64,000 bases of DNA, taken from positions 6,820,001-6,884,000 of the forward strand of contig NC_081333.1 of assembly GCF_022539665.2 (NCBI RefSeq). The letters run 5' to 3'. The translations under genes and the position numbers were made by a program. The notes under the pieces are model-generated. The model was not told the origin of the DNA. It ran no database searches and saw only the letters and a program-made list of their open reading frames with translations. The stretch is from Daphnia carinata. Lineage: Eukaryota. Below are positions 1 to 13,600 of this stretch, piece after piece. How positions within the stretch are numbered: position 1 is the stretch's first letter; each line of letters begins with the position of its first letter.

Positions 1-3000
1 CATCTCAGCTGTCACATATTTTGCCTGATACTTTACAGACTTATACTGTTGTAGAAAGACGTGATCGGATTTCGGATCGATTCATTGTCGTTGGTCAGGA
101 CTTGGCCACATGTTGGCTGCCGCTTTCTGTCTGATGGATCATCTAGGGCGTTATTTGCACGGCAGCACACGCACATCCATACAGACTAAAAATAACGAAC
201 ACAAGGGCTTTTTCTCGGAACGGGATCGATGTAAGGAGAGAGGATTAAGATTGATCTATTCTATACTCCTCTCCATCCATCTTCTTCCCTCCGATCTGTG
301 ACGTTGTGAATACTGAGTGTGAAAAATAGCGACATAAATAGAAGCCTCTGAGTCGGATTGTGACACACGTGAGCAAACGAGCCCAAAAAAACGGACTGGA
401 ATTTGACGATCTAATGAAAGTTGTTGACTATACCGGCCTCAGAGTTTTTGAACGAGATGGTCAGAAACCATACCATCGTACCAAACATCAAATCATAATC
501 AGTGGTGATAGCATAGCACCAGGAATTCAACGGTAGACATCATCGTTACAACACTCTTACCTAGTATGAACATGCGTGTATACATGTAATGGTGGGTAAC
601 ATTACATAGAAATGCAGGTCGTCATGTTATGACGTCAACCGTGGCCCAACGGGCGTTGTTCTCAGTAATCGATCTCAATAAATCTTTCTTAGCATTGAGT
701 CTGACTTTGCTACGCCGAACCATAAATCACAGAACTTAAAGATGGGTGTACGTCTGTGATAGATACAAAACACGAAAGTTTTCCTGCTTCCAAATATAAG
801 ATTACGCATGTTGCGTTGCTGCAAACACCAACAGCAAGCTGAACTACAGGCGTACATGTGTGCCATTCTGCAATCGCTTACCCGTATTTACAGAGATGGT
901 CCACCTACACTAGTAAGCAAATATCTCTGTTTTAGATGGCCCGGTTTTTCTTTGTTACACGTAATTATTTTTTTTTTCAAGCACTCACGTATGCACGCAC
1001 ATGTATAGACATCGTTAGCCTCGTTGTGTTCCTTTTTTTATTTCGTCTAATGTGGGGGGAGGGAATGCAGAAATTGTCAATTGTCATGCAGAAATGAAGC
1101 GTCTGAGTTGGACGTGAATCCACGTTGCATCGTAACCACCGCCGCAGTGTAATCGTACACGTCTACAGTCCCGCGTCATCCATGCAAATAGCTAATTTCA
1201 ATGATATACAGTATATGGTGCGCATACCATGAAACTATGGGTCTATGTAAATTGTAAATATAGTTATTTTTGGGATGTACACTATCCTTCCGTGTCTGGG
1301 TAGTATTTTATGAGCCTCTGTGTTTGTCCAATATCCAGTTCGATTTGAAGTTTTGGCAGTGTGCATACATGCACCTTGTTGTGTACACATGTTTAAAGGA
1401 AATTCTGAATGATTGAATAAACTTTTTGCTTATCTTCCTCTCTGGTTATATGCACACAACTCCCTTAATGATATTTAGTTTTATGATTGTCAAATATACT
1501 GCATACAATCAAAGACTTTTCAAGGACGATAGTGTCGTTTTCATATAGTTTATGAGCAAGGTCAACCACCCACTTGAATTAATAGCTTTTTCCTGCTTGT
1601 TTATTTGACTTTAATATTTGAGCAATAACACAGACGTATAAAGGACTGGGATGTCTCACGCTAAAAGACATAAGCCTACTTTTGTCTGTCTCGCTGTTCC
1701 AGTTTCTCTTTAAATTTTCTATTGTTGTTTTGTTTGTTTTCTTTTTTGCTACGGCGCTCACGAACTTGTCGTGTTTGTCAGCTTATGTATCGGGAATAGA
1801 AGAAAAGTTTGCCATCACACTTGTTCCCCATCTCTTTGTTCTATACGTTTCACAAGAAAGCGCGAAGTTGTTGGCAGACTGCAATGGCGGCTGCACGAAG
1901 CCTTGCGAGGGACCTTTTGGAGTTGACGGTGAAGCAAAATCCACTAATTGAAAACCCTGTCTTGACAGCATAGCATCAGGTGGCATTCACCTCCCCCAAC
2001 ACTCTCGTCAGTTAGCTATCGTGGAAACAGGGACTCGAATCGCTGCAGACGAAAAAGCGTAGCAATTAAAAAGAACTGTGTGTATATTGCATGTGAATGA
2101 ACTGTCAAAGAAAAGATTCACCCTCTTTTTTGGGGAGGGGAGGGAGAGGCGGTAGAAATAGGCTAATAATCAACGTATAAAACAAAAGAACTCAAAGTTA
2201 TGGCCGCAAAGTTGTGATCCGCTATTATACGCAGTCCTGCCGAACCAAACAATCTTTGAACTTTTCAAACTTTTCAGAAAGCTGAAGGAGTACGAAGCGT
2301 TGTATACAGTTCAGATGCCGAGCCACTTTTCCGACGAGACACTGCACAATTCGTGCTTTTGTTGTGATTCGTATTTGTATTTTATTGTTTGCCCAAGGTA
2401 AGACTTAGTTTCCATAGGCGAACAACTTTCTAGTAAACATGTACGATAAAACGAAGAGCAGACAGTAGGAGATGGATTCACTAGTTTTTAAAAGAATAAA
2501 CAAAAAATTCAAAACAAGAACATTTTCGAACGTGCACTCAGTACGTAAAACAAAGCCAGCAGCGAAACCGAAGTTTCTCATTTGTTTCTATCGTAATAGT
2601 ACTCCTTAGTTATTATTTATCATTTCCCTTTTAACCTTTCGTATATAGCCTACATGTAGCCAAACTGTAGGTAGCACATGTAACCAAACAAAGGTAGATA
2701 TCCAACACCATCTTTTGGACATGCCTCCTTCGTTAAAACGAAACAAAATGAATAAAAACACGACGAGGAATGACTGAACATGACGGTGTGCTCTTTGTTA
2801 CATGTCCAAACATTGACCTCGTCGATTCATAGCACTAAGTGAAATGGTATCCGACACGAATAGCCTTCAAACTATCCTGAGAAATAAGCGACATTCAATA
2901 GGCCAGTGACGATGTTGACTGGCCAGAAGACAATAAGTTTGTACATGTGTAATAAGATACCTATAAAATCGCGTATGCACCAATAGTTGCAAACGTTTCA

Positions 3001-6000
3001 TTTCACATTATACGATGCCAATTATGTGGACATGGATGTTACCAAACGTTTCCTTCTTGTTTTTTTTTAAGCCTTAAAGTTATATCCGTATTTTATTTTT
3101 ATTCTGCTTCTTTTTCCCTGTTTATTTTTTATGTATCCTACTCCACACAAAAGAAATAGGAAGAAAGCACGAGAAGAGCCAATAGACATCACAGAGCTTA
3201 AAAAAAAAAAAAGAAACAAGTGCTTTACGAGTTGCCGTCAGTGTTGTTGATTGACAAAAGCCCACGGCAGAAGAGAGGCACGCAGAGAAAAATAAAGGAA
3301 CAAAAATAAAAAAAAGATTCGTCTTCCCTGTTTTTATTTGATAATTTCCACGAACACTTGGCAATATAATGGCGTCGCCGTTTGATGGTGAGAATATAAC
3401 CAATCCGACAACAACAAAAATAAAAATCGTTTTTTTAAATTGAAAAACGACGCAAACCATGCGGAATTGAATAAGGCGTTGACTATTTGATAGTACCAGA
3501 CAACAATGGAGCTTGCAAAATGAAAGAGCTGCCAAAACGATAACACAATAAACACTTATAAGGTAAAATATTGTTACCAGTATGATTTATACGAACGTGC
3601 AAAAAAAAAAAAAAAAAAAGGGACCGTAATAGAGTTTTATGGTGCAGTGACGCGGTTATTTGTCAACAATAACAAAAAATAAAAAAGAGACGAGAAACAC
3701 AGGAAATGACGGAAAGTCGTCCAGTTGAACTTCCGGCTTATAATGGCTAGAGGAGAAAAAAAAAAGAATCGATTTACATTCTGTGTGATCAAGTTATTTT
3801 GGTATATAGAGTAAAAGCCATAAAGGATAATTCCATTTGTGCCATTGATAGGCCGTGCTGCCCTGACCGATATAACCTCCGAGACCCACTGAAGCTTGAA
3901 CTGATTTCAATTTATCCGCTTACCTAGATAACACAAAAGGCATTTAACCCTTCCTTCCGCCTTCAACCAAAGTGGATGTAAAGTAGCATACACACAAGCA
4001 TACAGGCAATGAGAGAAATGCGACTACCGTTCAGCAATTTTCGGTTAAAACACCAATTTGGACGTGGAACGTTCGTCTGATGGACGGATAAGCGAGTTCG
4101 AAGTTGTAACAATGGGAGGCGACGATAACGTGAACTGTAGAACTGATATGATTAAATCGATTGTGTCTTTTGTTTGAACAAGATGATCGAAACAATGTCT
4201 GTACATCCAACGTACAACCCGCCACCAGCTGATGAATAGATTCTCTTTGAGACTGAACAGTTTATCCATTTTTACGCTGCTGTAGAGAAATAGTGTGACG
4301 ATGGGTTGAAGTGGCTTTCGTATCCTTTCTTAGTTCACGTGCTACACGCTAATCGACTAATGATGATTCGACCACAAAATCTCCGTACTGGGGCCTTCCA
4401 TTTCAACGTCTGGCCTCTTTTTTGAGACCAACAGTTGTCGTTAAAATCCAATTGTTTATTGCGAAAATGAGATTCACTCGGTCGACACTTGCATCTATTT
4501 ACTAATGAGTGCTCCTTCTTTTTTTGTTGTCTAGAATTGACGCGTAATTACAGTACAGTTGAACACTTGAACACGTCATCCAAAACAGACAGAATGGCGT
4601 TTAATGAATCCATAATGTGATGGTAATCAACGCATCGTTTGATAGAAGAAATCAAATGAAATTTCTATATTTCGTTTTTTCCCCCAATATATGCGAGTGA
4701 TTGCTTTAGCCGCCTCGAAAGACTTCTTTGACAGCAATGAAAAACGACCGTGAGTGAAAGCCATGGAAAAGTGATATGCGGCCGTCATTCAAAAGAGACT
4801 TCAGTTTTTATTGTTTGCTTTCTTATTGTGTGTGTGGTTTCAATCAACGAGTTCGTGAGAACTGTGCGCCGGCTCAACAAGAACCGCTGCAAGGTTGACG
4901 AACAGATATCTCTGGTTTCCTTTGGTAGTGATTAAGAGACTGTTTGCATTCTATATACGATTTAATTTGTTGTTATTCGTGCGTTATTGAAGAATATCTC
5001 ACATAGCATCCACACGTTTTCGGGTACCTGGAAGGCCGTACAGGAGCAAGTGGAATGTACACGAGATTGCACGATGAATTCGATTGAAAATAAGCCCACG
5101 TACGTGCATTACTAGTTTAAAAAAACGATTTCTGAAAATGGGGCCTCAGTATTCCCACGAATTATATTTTTAGCGTTTTTTATTGATTGATCAGACAGTA
5201 TATGGGCTGCACTCGTTTGTTAGTTACTGCTTTGCTTGTCTTGCCTTTATGTTCTGCAAACCAGTAAAAAAAAAAAAAAAATGAAACATTTCGTCTCCAC
5301 AGCGAATGGAAGTCGAATCTCTGTGTGATTCGACAACAGAAAAAGTAATGCCTACTTTTAAGAACTGACAAACAAAAACGAAAAAAAAGTGGTTATACTG
5401 TATTGACGAAGAGCTTTTCTGTAACAAGTTGCACATCAACTAAGTATAAAAGATTCCAACGATGTCGAACAAAAGACAAAAAAAAGCGAATAAACACAAC
5501 AAGTAAACAATACGTAGAGACGTTATATATGCTGGAACTTTTTGTGTATGAAATGCAAGAACGTATACCATAAATAGGTAAATCGGCTCAAGGTAGTAGA
5601 GATATGTGGAAATATTTATCGTTTTCGCGCCTGCGTTCTGCGGTGGCGTCACACGTTGATGCGGTTCTGCCCGGGACGAAGAAACTCGACAGTACGCACT
5701 TCCTTCTCGGTTCTCACACAGCATTGCTCCTCTTCCTTCGACTCTATTTTTTGTGTTTTTCTTCCTCATTCTCTCGGTGCGCGGAACTCTTTTGCTTTTG
5801 CCTCTTGTTCCCACATCGGCCACACTAGAGAAAAGTCTGATTCGGACGGCCGATGGCACGTAGTAGGCATCCAGCAGCAGCTCGGACGTGCGCTACTGTA
5901 TGTCTCTTTTCTTTCGTCGATGTGCTAGAAGACTAAATTCAGTACAGGATTCATCAGTTTCTTCCATTATTTTACTGTCCATTCTCTTTTTTCTCTGCCA

Positions 6001-6429
6001 GCTTCCAGCAGTGATCGGGGATTTTCGATGCTTCCGTTTGGAGACGAATAGGAAGGCAGAAAGAAATTGACATCATAAACGAATGTTGCTTAGAATTCCC
6101 TCGTGCTAATCTTGCAACTGTTTCTTCGAACCGAGTTTTTTTGTTCCAAGATTGCATTGTTTGCAAAGGGATTGCAATCATCGTTTTTACTTTCTTTGGT
6201 ATTCTTGGCCCGAAATTGCGAGTGTTCGACTTGACATCCAGGATTTTGTGCTAGGCAATCGACGTCGTCATTGACCTGTTGTATGTCTGCGTAACTTTCA
6301 GCGTCCCATTTTTGAGTGATCCTTCTAAACCGTCACGTAGTCCAACGACTGTTGCACAAGCTTCCGCTGTTGTATAGAAAAGTGCCACAAGGAAAAGGAA
6401 CCGAGTGTCAGGAATAATGGCAACGTTGA

Positions 6430-6488
6430 TCACAGATCACGATCCTGTCCGTAACTTAACCGATCAGCTGTCATCAACCAAGACACAG
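6430..6488 (+). other. Possible 5' UTR exon of the GPCR (donor at 6489, acceptor at 7539)
   Basis: CACAG|GTAAAT donor at 6489 and a pyrimidine-rich TTTCAG acceptor ending at 7539, upstream of the ATG. Another strong donor (CAAG|GTAAGA) lies at 2398. The exon start is a guess. Confidence 0.3.
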
Positions 6489-7647
6489 GTAAATTCACCT
6501 TCAAGATCTCTTTCGATTTTTCCTGCGCTTGATCCTTACTAGCATTGTAAATTATGAAATGCTTTAGTGCTTTGGCAAGTCGATTTCCAACGTAGATAAC
6601 AAAGAATTTTGGTGATTGCGAATGCGAAAAACAAGGTTTTCATTATGTATTTTTTTATATACAAGAAAAACAATTTGGGGGCTAAACGCACCGCTGAAGC
6701 TATTCACAATAGAAGAGTTTCGCATTCAACGCTACCGAAATTCGTGAAAAATAGTTTTGCTGCATTGCGATTTGCTGCAAAGAAACTCAAGGGTACGAGA
6801 TACAATCATGCTGTTTGAACCGTGAAACCCTTTACATCCATGTTTGCACCATTAGAGCCACAAGAGTGTGTCGCTTAATTTGCATATGCAGTACTCCGTT
6901 AGCACCTTCGTCTACGTAATTATCAATAAGAGCTCGAAACTCCAACGTGCATGCCCAGGTGAATTAGGCAATGCGTCTAGCGAAATTCAAATACCTAACC
7001 CAGAAATCGATCGTCCCGTTATGATTTTTCGATTTTCGCAAGTGCCCTTTTCCATTACACCCACTCCGTTTTGACCTTTGCAACATACATTTTACCCTTT
7101 CGTACAATGACATATGCCATAAAAGGTCGGGGTAGGCGACTAGTTGCCTGAAAGGAGCGCTGGTAACTAACGGGAAGGTGCGAAAAATTCCCCAAATTCC
7201 TGCAACAGAGGGGACCGCTTTTTTTTTAATCATAACATTTTATAATCGAACGCTGTTGGCACGGTGCTCAACCAAGGCGCAGACACACAAAAGGGCGACA
7301 TTCAACGCAGTCGGTAGCCAATACATGAGCAATACAAAAGGTAAAAGCTAATGGCTGATGCTAGGGGGCAACTATTATGTAAGGGCCGGTAACTTTCGCT
7401 GATGACTCAATAAATTGATTTTTCGTGTTGTCATGGTGCGATACTGTCGCATCACGAACGGCCAGAAATGCCAAACCTTTCCTCTGGATATGTTCGCGAA
7501 TAATTGTTTTCAACGCCTGGCATTTTTTTTCCATTTCAGGGATGACTTCCAGTTGGCGTCTGGTCGGTTCGTGTTTCTCTAGCATGAACAGCGTTCCATC
7601 TTCCATCATCAGCGTTGTCGTTGTCTGCATTTTGAAAAGGCCAGCCA

Positions 7648-10600
7648 ATGAACCCACTGCTACCGTTGCTGCTGGAACATCAGCTGATACGATTGACACC
7701 CTTGCCGATGATGACTGATGTTGGCGATCGAGGCACCAAGATGACGTCACCAGCGGCGATAGCCATGATGATGGTGATGATGGCGTTCCTGGTGCTGGAC
7801 GTAGTTGGTGCCCAGACGATGACGGACACGTCCAAGAGTGAAGCGCTGTGGAGCTGGTCGACGGACGGTGATGAATTATCTGACTCACTTGAATCTCCGT
7901 CTTCCGAGAACGAGTTCTTGCTCCAATTGAGTTCTGACACTAATTGGACATCGTTTTTGAACGGCAGCAATGACGATGCCAATAACGACCCCAACTGGTG
8001 GAGAAGTCCCGTTTATCCGAGCGGTTACACACCCCTCGGGCTCGTGATCGCTTCCATTTTTGTGACCATCATCATGATCGTCATCGTCGGCGGCAACATT
8101 TTGGTGATCATCGCCATCGCGACGGAACGGTCCCTCAAAGGAATCCAGAACTGGTTCATCGGCTCGCTGGCCGTGGCCGACTGCCTCCTCGGTCTCATCA
8201 TCATGCCCTTCTCCTTGGCTAACGAGATGATGGGCTACTGGGTCTTTGGCCAGTGGTGGTGCGACGTCCATTCCGCCGTCGACGTCCTCCTCTGCACGTC
8301 CAGCATCATGAACCTTTGCCTCATCTCCTTGGATCGCTACTGGTCCATCACGCACGCCATCGAGTATTTGCGCAAGAGGACGCCAGAACGGGTCGTCATC
8401 ATGATCGCCACCGTCTGGATCCTCAGCGGTCTCGTCTCCATCCCGCCGCTCCTCGGATGGAAAAAGGAGACGCCTCAGGGAGAATTCCCCAAATGCGAGG
8501 TAGTTTTTATTTTTAGTTTACCAGAAATTCAATTTACATATTTAAGCGACAAGATAACAGACAAACACGAACGTTTATCAACAAACATGAAACGCAAAAG
8601 CCAAGACTTCGTAAAGCCCCGTGTGGGTCATCCTCTTTTTTTTCCATAAACGTATTCAAGTCCGCAGTACCGCTGCTGTGTTAAGCTACGTGATTTAGCT
8701 ATTCAATCGAATTTGCCCGAACCCTCGCTACAGAACGGCTACGTAATTATCCTTTTTCCTTGTATTGGTAATGAAACATCACGCCGCTATTTCAGTTGTT
8801 CCTTAGTCAGGATGCAAATAATTTAAAAGGCAAATTGTTCTCGAAGTATTCGTATAATTTTGAAATTCTCATGCTTCGTAATATTTTTAGATTACGGTAG
8901 CAAAGATATTCGTAATTTTGTTCTTGCTGCTCTCATTACGAGACAATCTCCTTCCCCTTCAGTTTATCTGTGGAATTCTTTTTGGCGGTGGCAGTTGAAC
9001 GTGAAATTGGAAGAACAAAGAGCCGACAGCATTTCTTACTCAAATAAAACCATGGAAACAAAAAACCAAATTCGACGTGTTGAATCTTGTCCTTTGTTCC
9101 ACTGCGCTCATTGCTGCGCACCGACTGATTAAATATGCAAACGGAGAAACAAAAGGCGACAAGTAGAAAATAAAAAAATCTCTAAACATCGACTGCCAGT
9201 TTACCGAGGAGCACCGCAATTTATTTTTACCATCACATAAGTTCACAATAAAAAGGAAACCAATAGGAAAAGTCCATGCCCAAGAAGCGCGCGAACTTAA
9301 AAAAATAAATAAATAAATAAGAACCGTGTAAAAATCGAAATGGACAACGGTGAAGACTGAGTTCGTAAAATATTTTAGACGTGGCCAGCAGCATATATAG
9401 CCTATATAGAGAAAGGAAAAGTTTTTGAAATTCCATCTAATCCCTGGCACGGTATTATATACTGCTGATGCTGCAATGCGCGTCTTCGTGCCCGAGCATG
9501 CAGGCGCTGCCGCCATGACGATTGCGAGCTGTTTTCCCATCATTTCTTTATATCGTGGCCGGGATACAACTCTTGGTCTTTCATAGTCCGTACGGTAGGC
9601 CAAGTTAAAATTCTTCTTTTTCATTCCCCTCTCTCTCTCTCTCTCTTTCTTTTTTCTCCATTCTTATTCACTTTGACGTCCGTCTTTTCTCGGGCGTGTT
9701 TCCGTCTCAGCAAACGGCTCTTGCCTCAGAATGTCGAATCGACTTCAACACATTCAATCGATAGAGAGAGGGAAAGACGGTGCAAGCCTTCACTCGATGT
9801 GTACACCATCAAGCATTCTCTTGATGCTCGTAGTTGGCAAAAGGTTTTTGGATTGTTGCGGCAAAAAAGACGAACACCCCGAGCTCATCGAGTGTATACT
9901 TGTCGCTGCTGTGCCCCATTACGATCGTTCACGTTGCTCTAAATTGTATTTATAAATGACGTCTAGCAAGTGACGTTTCGAAACTTCCCTTAAATTGAAA
10001 TAGATTTTCACAAAGGAATAGAAGCACTGTAGTTTAATACGGATGCCTTGAATGGGGCTCCCGAACGATTGCCGTCCGACCACTTTGAATAGTGAATTGG
10101 CAGCTTGTTTTTTCAACATCTTTCGTACGTCGTAAACCTCTGGTGCTGAATACCAAAACCTTTGTCTGCACGCCTCATTTTGTGGTTGACTTGATGCATG
10201 CGGCTCTTTTGTTTTTACGTCAAACCAATTGCCTTCATTCTCATTAAAAAGTCGTGGGGGCGTCAAGTCTATACAATCGGAAAATTGAAACCGTAACTTT
10301 CGTTGCATGTTGCGTATCCAATAGAGTCGGCTGTAGGAAGTTGGCTCGTTTCAAAGTATACATCTAACATAAAATAACGCGAAAAAAAATAAGATCACCT
10401 CCTAAAAACAAAACACAACAAATAGAAATGAAAAAAGGGGACTGAAGGCTAGATGAGAAAGTATTGTGACTCACGAAAGAGATAAAGGCGGAGCTCACCG
10501 AAAATCCCGATTGAAATTTTGCCATTATGGATGTCACCATCAATAAAGTGAGTGTCGGCGTTGCTGGGCGAGAGGGTGTTTTCGCATGAGCTTCGCAATC

Positions 10601-13600
10601 TTTGGCTCGCATGCTTTGCTGACATCTCCAGCACGGAACGTGTTTTCGCCCCAATCGATCTATACATGGACCCAGCGCATTGGCTGTTGTGTCAGAGAAC
10701 GTTTCCTGCTGGAGCGCAATCTCATCCTTCTCTATCGCACAGTTTTTCTGTTGTCTTTCTTTTGTTTCGGTCGCCCTCTGCCTCGTCGTCTTTTGATTAG
10801 CTTTGGGTGTGCCCTCAACAATTAAAGCAAATCACCGAGCGCAATAGCACCGAATAGGATATATCTCCGCTAGCGTGTCCCATCCATATGGATGTGTTGG
10901 TTGGAAATGGCACACTAGAAGTCGCCGAAATGCGTCTCAATCCGCTTTCAGCGAACCCTCGCCTTAAGGTTTTTCTTGCCTGCCCCGTTATAAGGCTATC
11001 CACTGTAGTGAAGCCCACAGATATGAGCTTCGTTCTCTTTTTCACCGTCGTCCATATTAGCTGTTGGTCCAACTGTGCTCTTCTACTTGAAGTTTATATC
11101 TTCACAATCGACCATAGTGTAAGGACCAATACATAAGCTGTGCTGAACATCTCTGAGTGTAACGATCTCCAAGTAGACGATGCACAGATGGTCGTTTCTT
11201 TTCAATACTTTTTCTAAGGGAAAAAAAATACCTTTGGACCGGGGTGGGAACACCATAGAAACCCCCCAGTGTACCATTCTTCGTTTTCTGAAATCACGTA
11301 GTTGCGTTGATGTGATCAGGAAACATACACACAAACCATCAGTATAAAATGTATTTAAAGCTCGTGGTTGTTACGCAACGACGGTTCAGAATGTGTGATT
11401 AGTTTTCGCCTTGATCATGTAGATGTTTCAAGAAAATGGAATCGAATTGGTTTTGGTTGAAACAACTTTCAATGCGGAAAATTCCCAATTTACAAATCTC
11501 ACGTGAAAACGAAATAGATTTGCATGAGCCTCGCTGTATTTAGCCTTTAGCAAAATAAAAAACCGAAATAAGCTCAAATTTAACCCTGACGTTCAATAGC
11601 ATTCTCGGAACTCCGTAGATTAATGGTGTTGTATTGAAATCTAACATGTAAATCTTTAGAACGTAGTCATACGTTTATTTTATGTTATTATACCCGAGTG
11701 TATACACAAGCAAAATAAAAAATGTAGAAAAGGGCAGAGAAGAATTTTAAAGAATTTTCTTTGTTACGTCTTGTTGGAGCAGATCCATATCTATTTGTCT
11801 TTACACGCATCCATCAATTGCCCTTTTTCCTTTGAAATTGCCTGAAGGTAAAAACACCACATTTTTTATTATTGCTGCATAGCGTTGGTAGTGTTTCGTA
11901 TCGCTTGCAAAGGAACGACTTTAAGCAACACAACCCAACTAATTTGTTCTTCTTCACTCACACAATTTGCCTATATCATATGTTTGTTTGTGCAATACTT
12001 ATCTGAATTCAACCTTTGCTTCCCCATGTCCCGTAACTCTGTTAAACCATTTTCCGAACGGCCCCTCAACGCGGAAGGCTTGACGTGTACGCAAAGCAGG
12101 CATTAACATACAGTTGGTGCGACGGGAGACACAAACGAGTTTAGGTTTCAGGCCGTCCATCCATCTTATCTTAGATATCGCAGAACTATAGTCGTTATCA
12201 AGTGCTAAAGTTCCCGCCGAGCGTACCGCAATACACAAAGTTTTAGCCATGTGTGTGTGCAACGTCTGTTGGTCTAACTAATAGTAGACCAGTCACTATC
12301 CGTACTCTTCCGTCTACGGTCTGTATTCTCTTGATGTTGTTATTGCTCCCAACTAGCCAATTAAAGCGGGCGTTGATAGGGAACGAGACAACTGGGCAAA
12401 ACTTGCAGTGCCCATCGTGGACCATAAGCAACCAGAGAAAACCCTCATGTGTAGTTACGTCCGCATTTGGACACAGGCTGAAAAGAACCCGATGAACTAC
12501 TGGTCAGCTTGTATTGCTTTATCTCCTTATAAAATGGGCATTTCACTGTCATTATATGTTGTGAATCCTTTCATATGCTGTGGCTTAATTTCTAAATTAA
12601 ACCTGAATTAACATCAGTCTGCCAACCGCATCGAGCATCTTCGTTCGTGCAAACCATCCGTATTCCGCGGTTTTGCACGAAAAAAGAACAGTTCCCGTGA
12701 TTATTCACCATTTGCATTGAATATCATTCGTAGCGTGACTATAAATACTTGGAAAGAGCATAAAGAGAAAGAGAATAAATCAGACAGAGAGACCGCATAT
12801 ACAAAAAGGGAATGCGTGCGTGGAATGTGTGCGTGAATTAGAGATAGCGATCGTGTATTTTGACATATACAGTAGCATTACAGCCGGGAGTAGCTGAAAC
12901 ATGGGCGCTTCTTGTCTTACAAGACGTCGTGAGTGCAATTAACTTCATATAATTGGGGCTTATTAATGGCAATAAATATAGATTACGTCATCGCGTGGGG
13001 TCACTCATATACCTACAGGAATTCTCTCATATTTCTCCAAGGACTGCCACTCGATTTGAGTGTTCTGACACGGAAGCCGTTAAATAGGTCACGCCACATT
13101 TACGGCGTATCCGGTATCCAAGTTGGTACGGCAACTTGGTTCTGCTTGGGTACTCCCTAAACGAGTCACATCTTTGGATTTAGGGAAACCTTCAAGTCAG
13201 ATATAAGAAGATAGAGGAATAATTTACATGTCCACAGAGAATCTAAACGTTGATTAAAAATAACCAGAATTAGAGCCGTCATGACCGTCATGGTAATTTT
13301 TGACGTTCAACTGACAGACATTTGGTCTGTAAAAGTTGAATTGGGATACGGCGCTGAATAATGGAACATTTCAATTACGTCACGTACATAACCTTTAAAA
13401 CTAGTTTTCATTGTATCACGTTTTCGAGACATTTAAATGTAAAAAAAAGGTGAAAATGGTGAATGAAAAGGTGGCTAGAAAGAACAAAGAAAAAGTCAGA
13501 AAGTCGTTGCAGGCAGGGAATAATGATGATGGAACGTGACAAGAGTAGCACCCTAAGAAAACATGATGGCCCAAGTGTCAGACAATTCCTTATGTGTTTT

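Noticed and set aside
7361..8355. Antisense ORFs of 175 and 156 aa
   Set aside because: They are shadows of the GC-rich GPCR exon and have no recognisable domain.
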